Shown piece after piece: positions 30,226-41,127 of a DNA stretch of 64,000 bases. Source of the stretch: Veleropilina oligotropha (lineage: Eukaryota). A program made the translations under genes and the position numbers. How positions within the stretch are numbered: position 1 is the first letter of the stretch; each line of letters opens with the position of its first letter. Location of the stretch: positions 248,001 to 312,000 of the forward strand of contig JBEUKZ010000107.1 of the NCBI GenBank assembly GCA_048128005.1, in the 5' to 3' direction. A model generated the notes under the pieces. That model did no database searches, had not been told where the DNA came from, and saw nothing but the letters and a program-made list of their open reading frames with translations.

Positions 30226-30573
30226 ATGAATTCATTAAGGGAATTACCATACGAGGACAGACTAAGAGCACTGAACCTCACAACATTATTTTTGAGAAGG
30301 ATAAGAGGTGATATGATTCAGGTGTTTAAAAAATCTACAGGAAAAGACAACGTTGACAATAGTTTCTTTTTTCAGATGAACCAAAGACATACCAGGGGGC
30401 ATCAATACAAGATTTACAAAAAGCGATTCCGACTTGACGTTAGAAAACACTTTTTCTCAAATCGGGTTGTCGATGAATGGAATGATCTTCCTAATAATGT
30501 GGTGGAATCGACATCTGTAAACCAATTTAAAAATCGCCTAGACGAGCATTTTAAGAAGCAGGGCAGGTTATAG
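30226..30573 (+). mobile_element. CR1-type LINE 3' fragment (ORF2 C-terminus)
   Basis: YEDRLRALNL...RRIRGDMIQVFK...TRGH..K....RLDVRKHFFSNRVV..WN.LP, the characteristic CR1 C-terminal sequence. Confidence 0.9.
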
Positions 30574-30596
30574 AGGATAAGACAACTTCAATGGAT

Positions 30597-31995
30597 TTTT
30601 AACCCCAGCTTAAAAAAAGCTGGGGTTATTGTCATCGCCCGAGGCGGGCGGACGGGCGGTTCATGTTGTCCGGCCTATATCTCGGCTACCAAACATGTTA
30701 CCTCGATTTCATATGGTATGCTAACTACCCTTATCATACGCTAGTGCATGGTGGCGAAATTTCATGTCAATGACCTTTGACCTTGCCGCAATGACCTTTG
30801 GCCTTAAATTTTGTCCGGGCCGTTTCTCGGACACCAAACATGCTAGCCTTCTAATTTTTTTAGGTGTTTTGCCTATAATACAAAGCTGTGCATGGCTGTA
30901 AAATTTTGCTCATTTGGCCTTTGACCTCTCCGTAGTGACCTTCACAAATTTTCTATATTTAGAATTTTGTTTTTTTCGTCATTTCTTCATTCTTTGGTGC
31001 CAAACTATTTCTTTTGGGTTAGTACATCATATAACAAATACGAAAAATGGCCTTTGGTCAAAGGTCAAGGTCACAGAGGTCAAAATATACGCACAATTTG
31101 CAGACTTTGTGAGACTATAGCCTGCCCATTATGATAGCTATATGGAGACATATTATGACATATGGACCCCTTATCATACCCTAGATCATGGTGGGTAATA
31201 TTTCACGGGATTGATTTTTGACCTTGCCACAATAACCTTTGACCCTGAAATTTTGTCCGGGCTGCTTCTCCGAGACTCAGCATGGTAGCCTTTTAATTTT
31301 TTTTAGATATCTTGCCTATAACCCAAAGCTGTGCATGACACTAAAATGTTTGTCATTTGGCCTTTGACCTTCACAAATTTCCATATTTACATATTTCCAT
31401 AATTCGTAAACATTTTTTTATAATTTTTGCCAACCTCTTTCTGTAGGGTTAGTACATCATGTAACAGAGAGAAAATGAGCTAAGGTTAACTTATAAGGGG
31501 TATTGCATACCGGTATTAAATATGAACACAACTCCATAATAGCGTTATGAGGCTCGGAGACCAAGCATGCTAGCCTTCTAAATTTTGTTACATGTCTTGC
31601 CTTTTACACAAAGCTGTGCATGGCAGTAAAATTTAGATCATTTGACCTTGACCTCTGCGTAGTGACCTTCACAACTTTTTTATATTTAGATTTTTTTCAT
31701 TTTTCGTTTTGTTTCAATTTTTTGGGGCCAAACTATTTCTTTAGGGTTAATACATCATGTAACAAATACGAAAAATGGCCTTTGGCCAAAGTTCAAGGTC
31801 ACAGAGGTCTAAATATACTCGCAATTTTTTCTTTCTTGAGTTATTTTTTCATCCAACCTTTTTCTTGATGGCCAGTTAGCACAGTCAGTGTTTAGCCAAG
31901 GGCTACTGGCAAGGTGAAGATCACAGATTTTATATGGTGCTCTGATTGCTATATAAGGCTGGGGTTCCTGATAGCCGGGCGGCTGTCTATTTTTA
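30597..31995. mobile_element. HINE/DINE-like element with long internal repeats
   Basis: AACCCCAGC...GCTGGGGTT start, GGGCGGAC microsatellite, GACCTT-rich repeats, 3' GGCTGGGGTT followed by a hairpin. Confidence 0.55.
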
Positions 31996-32076
31996 TATGA
32001 GTGACAGTAATGCGCTTTCTAAACCAAAACAAATTTTATTTAATCTATTTAATCATTTATCCATCCTCTATTACAG

Positions 32077-32214
32077 ATGTGCGCTCCCCTTGTGATGCGG
32101 GTTGTGACACCATTCCATGTAAACATGATGGCTATTGCATCGAGAGGTGGGACGAGGGACAGTTTATGTGCGATTGCAGTGATTCCAAGTACAGCGGGCT
32201 GACGTGTGAGACTG
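32077..32214 (+). CDS. Host gene exon 13 (EGF)
   Basis: ttacag|AT...ACTG|gtaag. CDTIPCKHDGYCIERW...CDC...YSGLTC. Confidence 0.92.
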
Positions 32215-32630
32215 GTAAGGCACGGTTTGTGTTGTCAGTGCTATTATAACGGGGCTGCGACTGTTACATTATAATCTCATTTTGTAATGACAAGTTTTAG
32301 TCCATGGTGCTTCGCGTTTCAGAGATGAAATTCGATGCTTCCATTTGTTCTATTCATTTCTATATCCCACCACAAAAAACGAAGTTGTTGAGGGGTATGG
32401 AAATGAGTTTTGTCCTTGTGTCAGTGCTTTCTATTCTTGCAAGGGTTATCGATGACATGTCTTATTTATCTTGTTTCAATTTCGTATTTGATAATAGTCA
32501 ATATATCCTTCACAGTGTGTATTAGTGTGGAAGCCTTGTATTGTGCCCGAAAATTTATTATTGACAAATGTTGTTATATGTTTATAATTAATTTATTTGT
32601 TGAGTTAATAAAATAACTATAGTTCTTGCT

Positions 32631-33870
32631 TTATTATGCCCCCTAAACGAAGTTTGGGGGCATATAGTGTTGCACACGTCCGGGCGTCCGTCCATCCGAA
32701 CTTCGTTTCCGGGCTATAACTTTAGAATGCCTTCATGGATTTCAATGAAATTTGGTATGCAAGTGTATGAGCATAATAGCTAAGTGAAGTTCGATTTCGG
32801 TAACATTCCGAATTTCCATAAATGAGTTATGCCCCTGGATTCACTTGGAAACATTTTTTCCTTTCCGGGCAGTAACTTGAGAATGCCTTCATGGATTTAC
32901 ATTTAATTTGGTATTCACGTGTATGATCATAATACCTAAGTGAAGTTCGATTTCGGTAACATTCCGAATTTCCATAAAGGAGTTAAGCCCCTTGATTCAA
33001 TTGGAAACATTTTTTCATTTCCTGGCGGTTACTTGAGAATGCCTTCATGGATTTACTTAAAATTTGGTATTCACGTGTATGATCGTAATGGCTAAATGCA
33101 GTTCGATTTCGGTTAAATTCCCATGTTCCATAAGGGAGTTATGCCCCTTGATTGACTTGGAAACATTTTTCATGAATTTACATTAAATTTGGTATTCACG
33201 TGTATGATCGCAATGGCTAAGTGCAGTTCGATTTCGGTAAGATTCCCATGTTCCATATGGGAGTTATGCCCCTTGATTCACTTGGAAACATTTTTTCATT
33301 TCCTGGCGGTAACTTCAGAATGCCTTCGATTTCGGTGAAATTCCGCCTTCACATAAGGGAGTTATGTCCCTTCATCAACATGCAATTTTTTTTCCCATTT
33401 CCGGCCGATAACTTCATAATGCCTTCATGGATATAAATTAAATTAGGTATACACGTGTAATATCATTGGAAAGAAATTTTATGCCCGGTCCCCTGCATTG
33501 AGAGCATTTATTGTTACACATGCTTTAGATTCTGCACTATATTAAGGCATTCATGGATTCAAATTAAATTAATTTGATATACACATATCAGAATATCTAA
33601 GTGGAGTTTCATTTCTATAAATTCCCAACTTCATTTTGGAGATATAGGACATGAATTATTAATTTAATTTTGTTTTCAATTCTGGACGATAACTTCTGAA
33701 TACATTCATGGAATGAAACTATATTTGGAATATAGATGAATACTTATTCATACATTGTTAAATGCGTAAATGCAATGTTAAGAGAGTTATGGCTGATTAC
33801 TTCGAATTTCTTTCATTCCTGGGCAGTTGTTTCAGCGGGGGAATTCTTGTCACTCTGACATTACTAGTTT
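32631..33870. mobile_element. HINE/DINE-like element with ~155-bp tandem repeats
   Basis: TTATGCCCCC...GGGGGCAT start, CGTC microsatellite, tandem units, ends GGGG...CTAGTTT. Confidence 0.62.
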
Positions 33871-34308
33871 TAAATTAAATGCAAAGTGGCTCTTAAATCA
33901 TGCTCTTATTTTGATCAGGAAAATATTTCTTTTCTCCTGCAAGTTAGTAGCAAAATATTTATTGCAGGTTTTTAAATGAATAAACGTTAAGATTGCTCTG
34001 ATAACCTTGTGGTCACGACTCTGAAATCACTGGTTTGACTGCTCTGACTAACAGGAGCGCTTTAGGACCTCGGCTGTGGCAGTGGCATTCTTTGTTCAGT
34101 TACCAATCACAGGTGTCCATTACTGACCCGGTGAGGCGGCTTTTCGGGCAACTGGGCTTTTCTCCAGCGATAATATGGACATGTCCTGGTTTTCGTCCGA
34201 AGGTTGTAAATATACAGGACATTAAGCAACGATACAATGCAATTTAAGAAAAACGTACATGAAATATCCTTATAATTCAAATGAATGAATTATACATTTT
34301 GCTTTCAG

Positions 34309-34471
34309 AATCATCAGCGAAGTTCAGTGGAAATTCTGTGGTGGAATATAAATTTGACTTTGGCAACATCAAAGACCCTCAAGCAACTGTGACAGAGAAG
34401 CTGACATTTTATTTCCAAACCACCACTACGTCCGCTTATGGTACTGATCTCGTCTTTGTGCACAGCTCAAA
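34309..34471 (+). CDS. Host gene exon 14 (LamG start)
   Basis: ttcag|AA...TCAAA|gtaag. AKFSGNSVVEY...EKLTFYFQT. Confidence 0.88.
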
Positions 34472-35989
34472 GTAAGTCCTTGTTAGCATGGTCTATGGCA
34501 TGATACCACACCACTGCTGATAGTCGATATTTGCATGTATAATTTTGCAAAATTCTTTGTTATCAGTCAGTTTTCTTTGTTTGGTCAGTTAGTTTTCACT
34601 TGTTTTCTCAGTGAGCGAAGATAATTGGGGCATTGTCCTGTGCCGACGTGCCCATCAGACTTAGCAGCTTACTAAATACAAGTTTAGAAACATTCATCCA
34701 AATTTATTTACTGAAATAATCTCGCATTAACGCACGTATATAAGAAATAATAAATATTGTAATGCTGCAAACAATGTTACTTTGTTTAATTATAAAATAA
34801 TGAAATTCATCAAAGAGAAGGTAAAAAATGGCACAGGGAAAATGATAGACTAATGTGCTATTAAACAGCTCACTACTAGATTGTATGTTAGATTTTCATA
34901 TTTGAAAAATTATGTTACACACAATAGCTGTTTACCAGGACAAAAGTTCAGTTCATATTGGACCAACCAAATAAAATTGACGAAATGATCATTCACTACA
35001 TAAATGAAATTGGCCGCACCAGTTGTCGAGTGGATAAGATCGTGGGATCTCGATTCAGTCACTGCTCGGTGTAACAGGAGTGACTTGGAATTTTTCGGCT
35101 TCACAATTAGTTCCGTTAACAGGCACAGTTGTTCATAACAGGCACAGTTGTTCATAACAGGCACAGTTGTTCATAACAGGCCGGTGAGGGTAGGTATTCG
35201 TTGCCCCGAGCTTTCCTTCCTCAATAATGTCTTGGTATGACCTGAATTCTATTAAAAACATGACATTAAGTATCGATGCAAACCAACTCACACATGAATA
35301 TAACTGGATAGTGGATACCAAATGTGTAAATGCTTCACTGGTCGTTATGCTGATCTATAACTGTTATTATCCTAGGCGACATACAGGGACCCTGCGAGCT
35401 AAGTATGAAATGTGACAAACACCGCGCTTTATATTATGAGGGCAATCGGTGTTATTATCAGAAATTGTCACATACATTTTTAATGCAACACACCATATTA
35501 TTTTTTACAATTCTATTGTCAAATTGCTTCATCACGCTTTAGAATGTTCACTGTCAGCCACCGAAACGAGTCATGATATTTGAATAACCTTATTTGTTGC
35601 AGATCTCATCAATTTTATTTTAAGTTTGTCTCCAAAATGGACATTTCCTTTTAAATATATTCATCCTATAACATTTATAGAATTAGTCGTTTGTTATGAG
35701 CTGCTGTTCCTCTTCCCGCTTTGATGATCAGATCCTGACGCTCCGAGATTACCTTGTTCCCTGCGCATCCGCATTCCCCAACTTTGTGTGTACCCAACTA
35801 TTCATTACTCTGTGTCTCCTGGCTGCTCGATTATAACCATATCCCTGCACAAGAGTCTAGTCCTTAAGACTGCATTATCGCATATGACTGTCTGCATACC
35901 TGTCAACATTTGACATTGTACCATAGGTAGATTTTTTCCTCGACTAATTAATGAGAAGACTACTGTGTACACGTATATTCGTGCATATA

Positions 35990-36025
<36 letters not shown>

Positions 36026-36486
36026 TGTATGTATGTATGTATGTGTGTATGTATGTATGTATGCATGCATGTATGCATGCATGCATGCATGCATGCATGC
36101 ATGCATGCATGCATGCATGCATGCATACATACATACATATATATATTAAAATATATATATGTATTTATAAATTAATAAATTTAATTTAATTCATTTCATT
36201 TCCTCAAATGTAATGCTATTTTGAAACTAACTATAGTTACTATGTAGAAAATTTGACACCCAATTATCTCCCTTTGTAAAATACTGAAAGTCGAATTCTC
36301 AGCTTGCTTATTTAATTTTAAAGATTCAATTTTACTTTTTTACTTTTATATGTTATATATATCTCAGTTTTAATATTTTTTTACTGCATGCCAACCAAGC
36401 ATGCAATAAAATAAGGATTTGCCAACTTTCGTTGTTTAATGGACTATGCCAAATGAGGGTACGGTAGGTTCTCATTTTAAAACATA

Positions 36487-36746
36487 AGCAGCAGGGGGGG
36501 TGAGTGTACTCTAATAGGGGCAGTTTTTCAGGCATAAAACCAGCAGCAGCAGGGGGGGTGACCATACCTTTGAAGGGGGGGTGAGTGTACTCTAATAGGG
36601 GCAGTTTTTCAGGCATAAAACCAGCAGCAGCAGGGGGGGTGACCATACCTTTTATGTGGGGGCGCGGCGAGGGAAATTAAGGCTCCCAGCACCCTTTCCA
36701 GACCCCCGGGGTAGTGATTGTATTACAAAAAGTTACCGTGTGTACA
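36487..36746 (+). repeat. Left terminal inverted repeat
   Basis: Reverse complement of 51771-52029 apart from a few differences near 36692-36698; contains an 81-bp direct duplication. Confidence 0.95.
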
Positions 36747-36760
36747 CAGCAGGGGTGGGA

Positions 36761-36982
36761 CTAGGGACGACGTTTGGCAGGAGCCTTGGCAGGGGCCTTG
36801 GCGGGGGCCTTGGCAGGAGCCTTGGCAGGAGTCTTGGTAGGAGCCTTGGCAGGAGTCTTGGTAGGAGCCTTGGCAGGAGCCTTGGCAGGAGTCTTGGTAG
36901 GAGCCTTGGCAGGAGCCTTGGCAGGGGCCTTGCGGCGGGAACTTTTCGCGCTGAGCAACATGGGAACGTCTTTCTGCGGCAT
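36761..36982 (-). CDS. Small basic K/A/P-rich protein with (KAPA)n repeats, resembling a histone H1 tail
   Basis: ATG-initiated 73 aa ORF built on a 12-bp repeat. Copy 2 has an ORF with the same upstream sequence and the same MPQ start. Confidence 0.55.
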   Translation of the reverse strand: MPQKDVPMLLSAKSSRRKAPAKAPAKAPTKTPAKAPAKAPTKTPAKAPTKTPAKAPAKAPAKAPAKAPAKRRP

Positions 36983-37131
36983 GTTGATTTCAAGTATAAC
37001 TACACAGCGTCTAACATGCCGATATAGTAGTATGTAGTAAGAGCCCGTAGGGACGGCCCACTACCCTCGCCGGCCCGGGCTCGCTTTTAGACATACCCAT
37101 ATCACAGGATATACCCACTGCAAAGGATACG

Positions 37132-37419
37132 ATGTGGGGAACGGACACCTGTCAATGGCTCACCATCAGCTCCACGGAGCTATGTGGTAAGAGATGTCTG
37201 AGCGAGTATTGCAAAGTCCACCTGGCTCGGCAACGGCGAAATGGCCGGGGCACAAAACCCTGCAGCAAATGCGGGAAGGGCGTTTTCAACCGGTTTACGC
37301 TGTGTCAGGGCTGTGGGTATCACAATGAGAACGTTAAGGACTGTCAACGAAAGAGCAGGGCCTTCCAGAGAGAGTTTCTCCGCATGGCTGCAATATACCT
37401 CACCCAAATTTCCTATTAG
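37132..37419 (+). CDS. Cys/His-rich putative zinc-finger protein (95 aa)
   Basis: C..C...C...C..H and CxxC..CxxC patterns; conserved as an open frame in copy 2. Confidence 0.8.
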   Translation: MWGTDTCQWLTISSTELCGKRCLSEYCKVHLARQRRNGRGTKPCSKCGKGVFNRFTLCQGCGYHNENVKDCQRKSRAFQREFLRMAAIYLTQISY

Positions 37420-37455
37420 AGAGGCGCTGTCCATAGTGTATACCCCCCCAGCAAC

Positions 37456-40400
37456 ATGTCGACTATGGATGACTATATAGACCAACTGCTCGCAGACATG
37501 CAGGCATCTGAAACTCTCCGGGACGTGGTTCAGAATATTCTAGACGAACCAATCCCGGAAGACGTGAAGGAGCGCTTGTTGAAGCCTCTGGTCCCATCCA
37601 AGGATCCCCAAACGGAGAGAAAGCGGAAAGCCATTGTTGAGGAATTTGACCCAATCCCCCTCTCCAAAAAGCCCCGGACAGCCCAGGACTACCAGAATGA
37701 TCTACTAGGGCTGTTTACCACAACAGAGGGGCAACGATTCATCGACCTGGATGACCAGGTCCCTCCCCCTGTAAGGCTCCCAGCAAAAGAGCCATGGGTG
37801 GAACTCTTGAGCGACGCCAAAGACGAGTTTGAGGTCGATGGCGCCGCGGCGGCCTTCTCCACATGGAGGATAGAAGTGGCTGGACGGCTGGCCCTGGATG
37901 CCCGTATGACAGATGCGAGGGCGGCACAGCTCCTCACAGCCCTTCCCAAGGGTGAGTTTCTCCTGAGGATAAAGTTCTTGCGGGAGTGGGGTGAAGGCGA
38001 CTGGGTGGTCGAAGACAAGTTTGACCCGGTGAAGGCTGCGAGGAAGAAGGGCCAGGGTGTCGTTGAGATCTCTCAGGACACTAAGCCAGGTGCTATCACT
38101 GGGGTCGACAAAGCCTACTACGAGAACGCCTACCCGGTTACTGCAGTCGTCTACGGCGTCTATCCTCTCAGAGAACCAAACCCCGCCAACCTGGTTCCAA
38201 TGAAGAACGGCGATCTCAACTGCGTTGCCCAGAGAGTGGTTGAGCACTTCGAAGGTGCCCTGCGAGGAAACGGACTCACTCCAATCAGGCGGCAGAAAAT
38301 ACAGGAGTGGGAGGCGCGAGTTCATGTAACAGGCGCCACTGTGGATGATGTGGCTGGCCTTGAGAGGATCCTCAAACGGGCGATTATCTTGAGAGACATC
38401 GCCGGCGAGGACATCTACAATAGTGGGAAATACCAGTTTGGTGGGTCCACAGGCGGGGTGAGAGGTAAAGTAGAGCTCATATGTCACAACGGCCATGCAT
38501 GGTCCAAGGAGCTGCACTTCCCGCAAAGTAGAGAGGTCCACATCTACGAGGGCGATGTCTGGGAAGCTATCCGACAAGCCACACGGAATGAGCCATTAGC
38601 TGTCTGGCTCCTTGGCGGTAAAGACCGACAGCTCGGCGTGGACCAGTTCGTGCTGCAAGACGGTCGCACGTACAGGACACAAGATGATCACGAGAGACTC
38701 CAGGAAGCCTGTACAGCGCTGGGGAATGAGTCCCTTGCCGAGAGAGCCTTTGGCGTGAACCATGCAGCTAGCATTATGGCCAAAGAGAAGAACGGCTGGA
38801 AACCCACCCCAGCGAGCCTGCTCGATGACGTCCAGAAGGCCTGCGTGGAGCACGGTCATGGTGGCCTGTGGAATTCCATGAACTATGATACGGGCGATGT
38901 CTGCTGCATCGATATGAAAGCCTGCTACCCTGCTAGCTTTCTGGGGCAGGGCGAGGCCAAGCCGTATTTCGAAAGATTCGGACACCCAACCCACAGCATG
39001 ACGCGGGTCGCAATTAATGGTCCTCTTCCCCAAGAAATCGGTACTGGGTTTGCTGAGGTCGTGGAATGGGAGTTCGCGGAAGACATCCACCCCGTCATAC
39101 CCGCATGGTTCAGCAAGCACTTTGCAGAGAATGGTTGGGCCCCGACGCCTCTGCTCGCCTACCTCGTAGAGTCTGGACTGCTAAAGAGCCTCAAGATCCG
39201 AGAGGCCATTATCGCCTTCAAAAATCAACTCGATGTCTGGCTTCCGGAGAATCGTGACCAGGGATGCAGTATCATCGGCAAATTCACCCAAGGCGCCAAG
39301 GCTGACGGCAAAAGATTGACTCGTAGACTGGTGACCGACCAGGGGGAGCTCGACTTCCTCGTAAGAGACACCCGCCAAAGCGGCACCCTGGTTGGCGCTC
39401 CTCAGAGATGCCCCCTCGGTCACATCCTCACGTACTATGATGGCTCCCAGCCTCAGTATGCCCACCTGAGGGCCAGCATGTTGGCCTATGCCCACATAAA
39501 CCTCTTGAGCATGGTCCAGCGTTTCAGTGCAGCAGAAGCCGTCCGGGTAGCCACTGACAGCATCTACCTCAAGAAGGCCTCGTTGGAGAAGCTCGACGAT
39601 GTCACGGTGTACGTTGCCCCCAGACTCTGCGACTGTGGTGAGAAATCGTGCATCTCATGTCTGATCGCGGAGCCGTACCTTCCGCCAGTAGCACCAGCCC
39701 AGTGGCGTGACAAGGGCGAACAGCTGTATATGCCACAGGAACATGCCGCATACCTACCCAAGCCAGAGTATTGTTGTGCCGCCAATTCCAGCCAGCCGAG
39801 CACTGCGCCATGCTACAATGACACACTGACCCACCATCGCCTGAGTTACCTCAACGGTGGAGGGGGCTGTGGCAAGACTACGAGAGCTATAGAGCTCTTT
39901 CGGGCAAGGAATCCCATTGTATTCACACCAACCCACCGCCTCGCTAAAGAGATGCGAACCAGAGGCGTCAAAGCCCAGACCTACCACAGTTTCTTCCGAT
40001 GGAGCGGCCAGACTGACTGGACACCTGATCGCATGGGTCAGAAGTTCATCCCCCGCGTCATTATCTGGGACGAGGTCTGTACTGTTCCCCGGGCTATTCT
40101 AGAGATGTTCTTGGACAGGCTGGGCCACCACGAAGTTCAGGTTATCTGCTGTGGCGATCAGGGCCAGCCACCACCGATTACGGGCGAGATGCCGCACGAT
40201 TGGCTGCGACAGACCGCGGACTACTATGAGGAGATCGAAGTAGATTACAGGGCGAAAGACGACCCTGCCCTCCAAGCCCTGAAAAGACGTATACGTCTCC
40301 AGCCCGACAAAATCCAGTGCGGGGAAATGCGTAAGAGTCTCCCCAGCTGCCTTGGATGGGATCGGTTTGTCAACACCTGGAGGCCAGGCGACCTAATCCT

Positions 40401-41127
40401 CACCAGCCGTCAGAAGGTCCGCGAACGGGCTCAACAGCTGTTGCTCCAGAGGCACAAGGAGCACTTCCCAGACTCCATGGTGCCTATCCTGTACCACCCC
40501 AGGGACAGCAGAAAACAGAACATCATGGTAACCATTCCGGGCACCAGCGACAGAGAGGAGCTAGTTCTGAACGACGTCGTCGAGGTCACCATTGAGGCCG
40601 CTGAGCGGGCTATCCTGACCCCGGATTGGCGCCTGGGCTATGCTCTCACCATCCATTCGAGCCAGGGTCTTACGATTCACGACCCACAGAAAGTCTGGAT
40701 CATCGACGACTACCTTCAGTGGAGTAATCTCGCCTACCTAGCCGTGTCCCGGGTGGAGCTGCTGCGTCAGCTCGAACGGGTAACCTGTCCACCGGATGAG
40801 GGTTCTGAGGACAGGCCCCCCCAAGCGCCCCAAACCGAGCAACAGCTCCGAAAGACCATCCAGAAAAAGCTTGTGGCATACAAACGCCAGGACCAGGCCA
40901 AGGATCTCCCGGGATTTAACCTCAAGGTCGATGACATCCTGCAGCTCAAAGAAGCCCAAAACAACCGATGCGCAGCATGCAACATAGAGCTGCTCTGGGC
41001 CTACCAGCCCAAAGACACACAGCAGTTCAGTGTCGACCATGTGGACAACCGCAGGGGCCACATCCGCGACAACGTGCGCTTAACGTGTCTGGAATGTAAC
41101 CGAAAACGAGGGAGCAGCAGCTGTTAA
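37456..41127 (+). CDS. Fusion protein: degenerate protein-primed PolB domain + SF1 (RecD/Pif1-like) helicase + C-terminal HNH nuclease (1223 aa)
   Basis: PolB-like motifs IDMKACYP, SIIGKF and AYAH...ATDS. Helicase motifs GGGGCGKT, IIWDE, GDQGQ, TIHSSQGLT and YLAVSR. C-terminal CAAC...DHVDN..GH...N....C..CN. Confidence 0.9.
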   Translation: MSTMDDYIDQLLADMQASETLRDVVQNILDEPIPEDVKERLLKPLVPSKDPQTERKRKAIVEEFDPIPLSKKPRTAQDYQNDLLGLFTTTEGQRFIDLDDQVPPPVRLPAKEPWVELLSDAKDEFEVDGAAAAFSTWRIEVAGRLALDARMTDARAAQLLTALPKGEFLLRIKFLREWGEGDWVVEDKFDPVKAARKKGQGVVEISQDTKPGAITGVDKAYYENAYPVTAVVYGVYPLREPNPANLVPMKNGDLNCVAQRVVEHFEGALRGNGLTPIRRQKIQEWEARVHVTGATVDDVAGLERILKRAIILRDIAGEDIYNSGKYQFGGSTGGVRGKVELICHNGHAWSKELHFPQSREVHIYEGDVWEAIRQATRNEPLAVWLLGGKDRQLGVDQFVLQDGRTYRTQDDHERLQEACTALGNESLAERAFGVNHAASIMAKEKNGWKPTPASLLDDVQKACVEHGHGGLWNSMNYDTGDVCCIDMKACYPASFLGQGEAKPYFERFGHPTHSMTRVAINGPLPQEIGTGFAEVVEWEFAEDIHPVIPAWFSKHFAENGWAPTPLLAYLVESGLLKSLKIREAIIAFKNQLDVWLPENRDQGCSIIGKFTQGAKADGKRLTRRLVTDQGELDFLVRDTRQSGTLVGAPQRCPLGHILTYYDGSQPQYAHLRASMLAYAHINLLSMVQRFSAAEAVRVATDSIYLKKASLEKLDDVTVYVAPRLCDCGEKSCISCLIAEPYLPPVAPAQWRDKGEQLYMPQEHAAYLPKPEYCCAANSSQPSTAPCYNDTLTHHRLSYLNGGGGCGKTTRAIELFRARNPIVFTPTHRLAKEMRTRGVKAQTYHSFFRWSGQTDWTPDRMGQKFIPRVIIWDEVCTVPRAILEMFLDRLGHHEVQVICCGDQGQPPPITGEMPHDWLRQTADYYEEIEVDYRAKDDPALQALKRRIRLQPDKIQCGEMRKSLPSCLGWDRFVNTWRPGDLILTSRQKVRERAQQLLLQRHKEHFPDSMVPILYHPRDSRKQNIMVTIPGTSDREELVLNDVVEVTIEAAERAILTPDWRLGYALTIHSSQGLTIHDPQKVWIIDDYLQWSNLAYLAVSRVELLRQLERVTCPPDEGSEDRPPQAPQTEQQLRKTIQKKLVAYKRQDQAKDLPGFNLKVDDILQLKEAQNNRCAACNIELLWAYQPKDTQQFSVDHVDNRRGHIRDNVRLTCLECNRKRGSSSC

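Noticed and set aside
36482..36487. 6-bp TSD ACATAA
   Set aside because: It also matches at 52030-52035, but it would remove the terminal A from the left TIR only. Symmetric AG...CT ends, and the AG start of copy 2, favour a 5-bp TSD.
36353..36646. ORFs MVTPPAAAGF... at both ends (also 51870-52136)
   Set aside because: Translation of the 81-bp TIR duplication running out into host flank; not conserved in copy 2.
37463..41061. Many antisense or alternate-frame ORFs within the polymerase-helicase gene (and at 60246-64000)
   Set aside because: Shadow ORFs expected in GC-rich coding DNA; no motifs, and their recurrence in copy 2 follows from nucleotide similarity.
37456..41127. Helitron RepHel interpretation of the SF1 helicase
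   Set aside because: No HUH Rep motifs; the element has TIRs, a TSD, an integrase and capsid-module genes.
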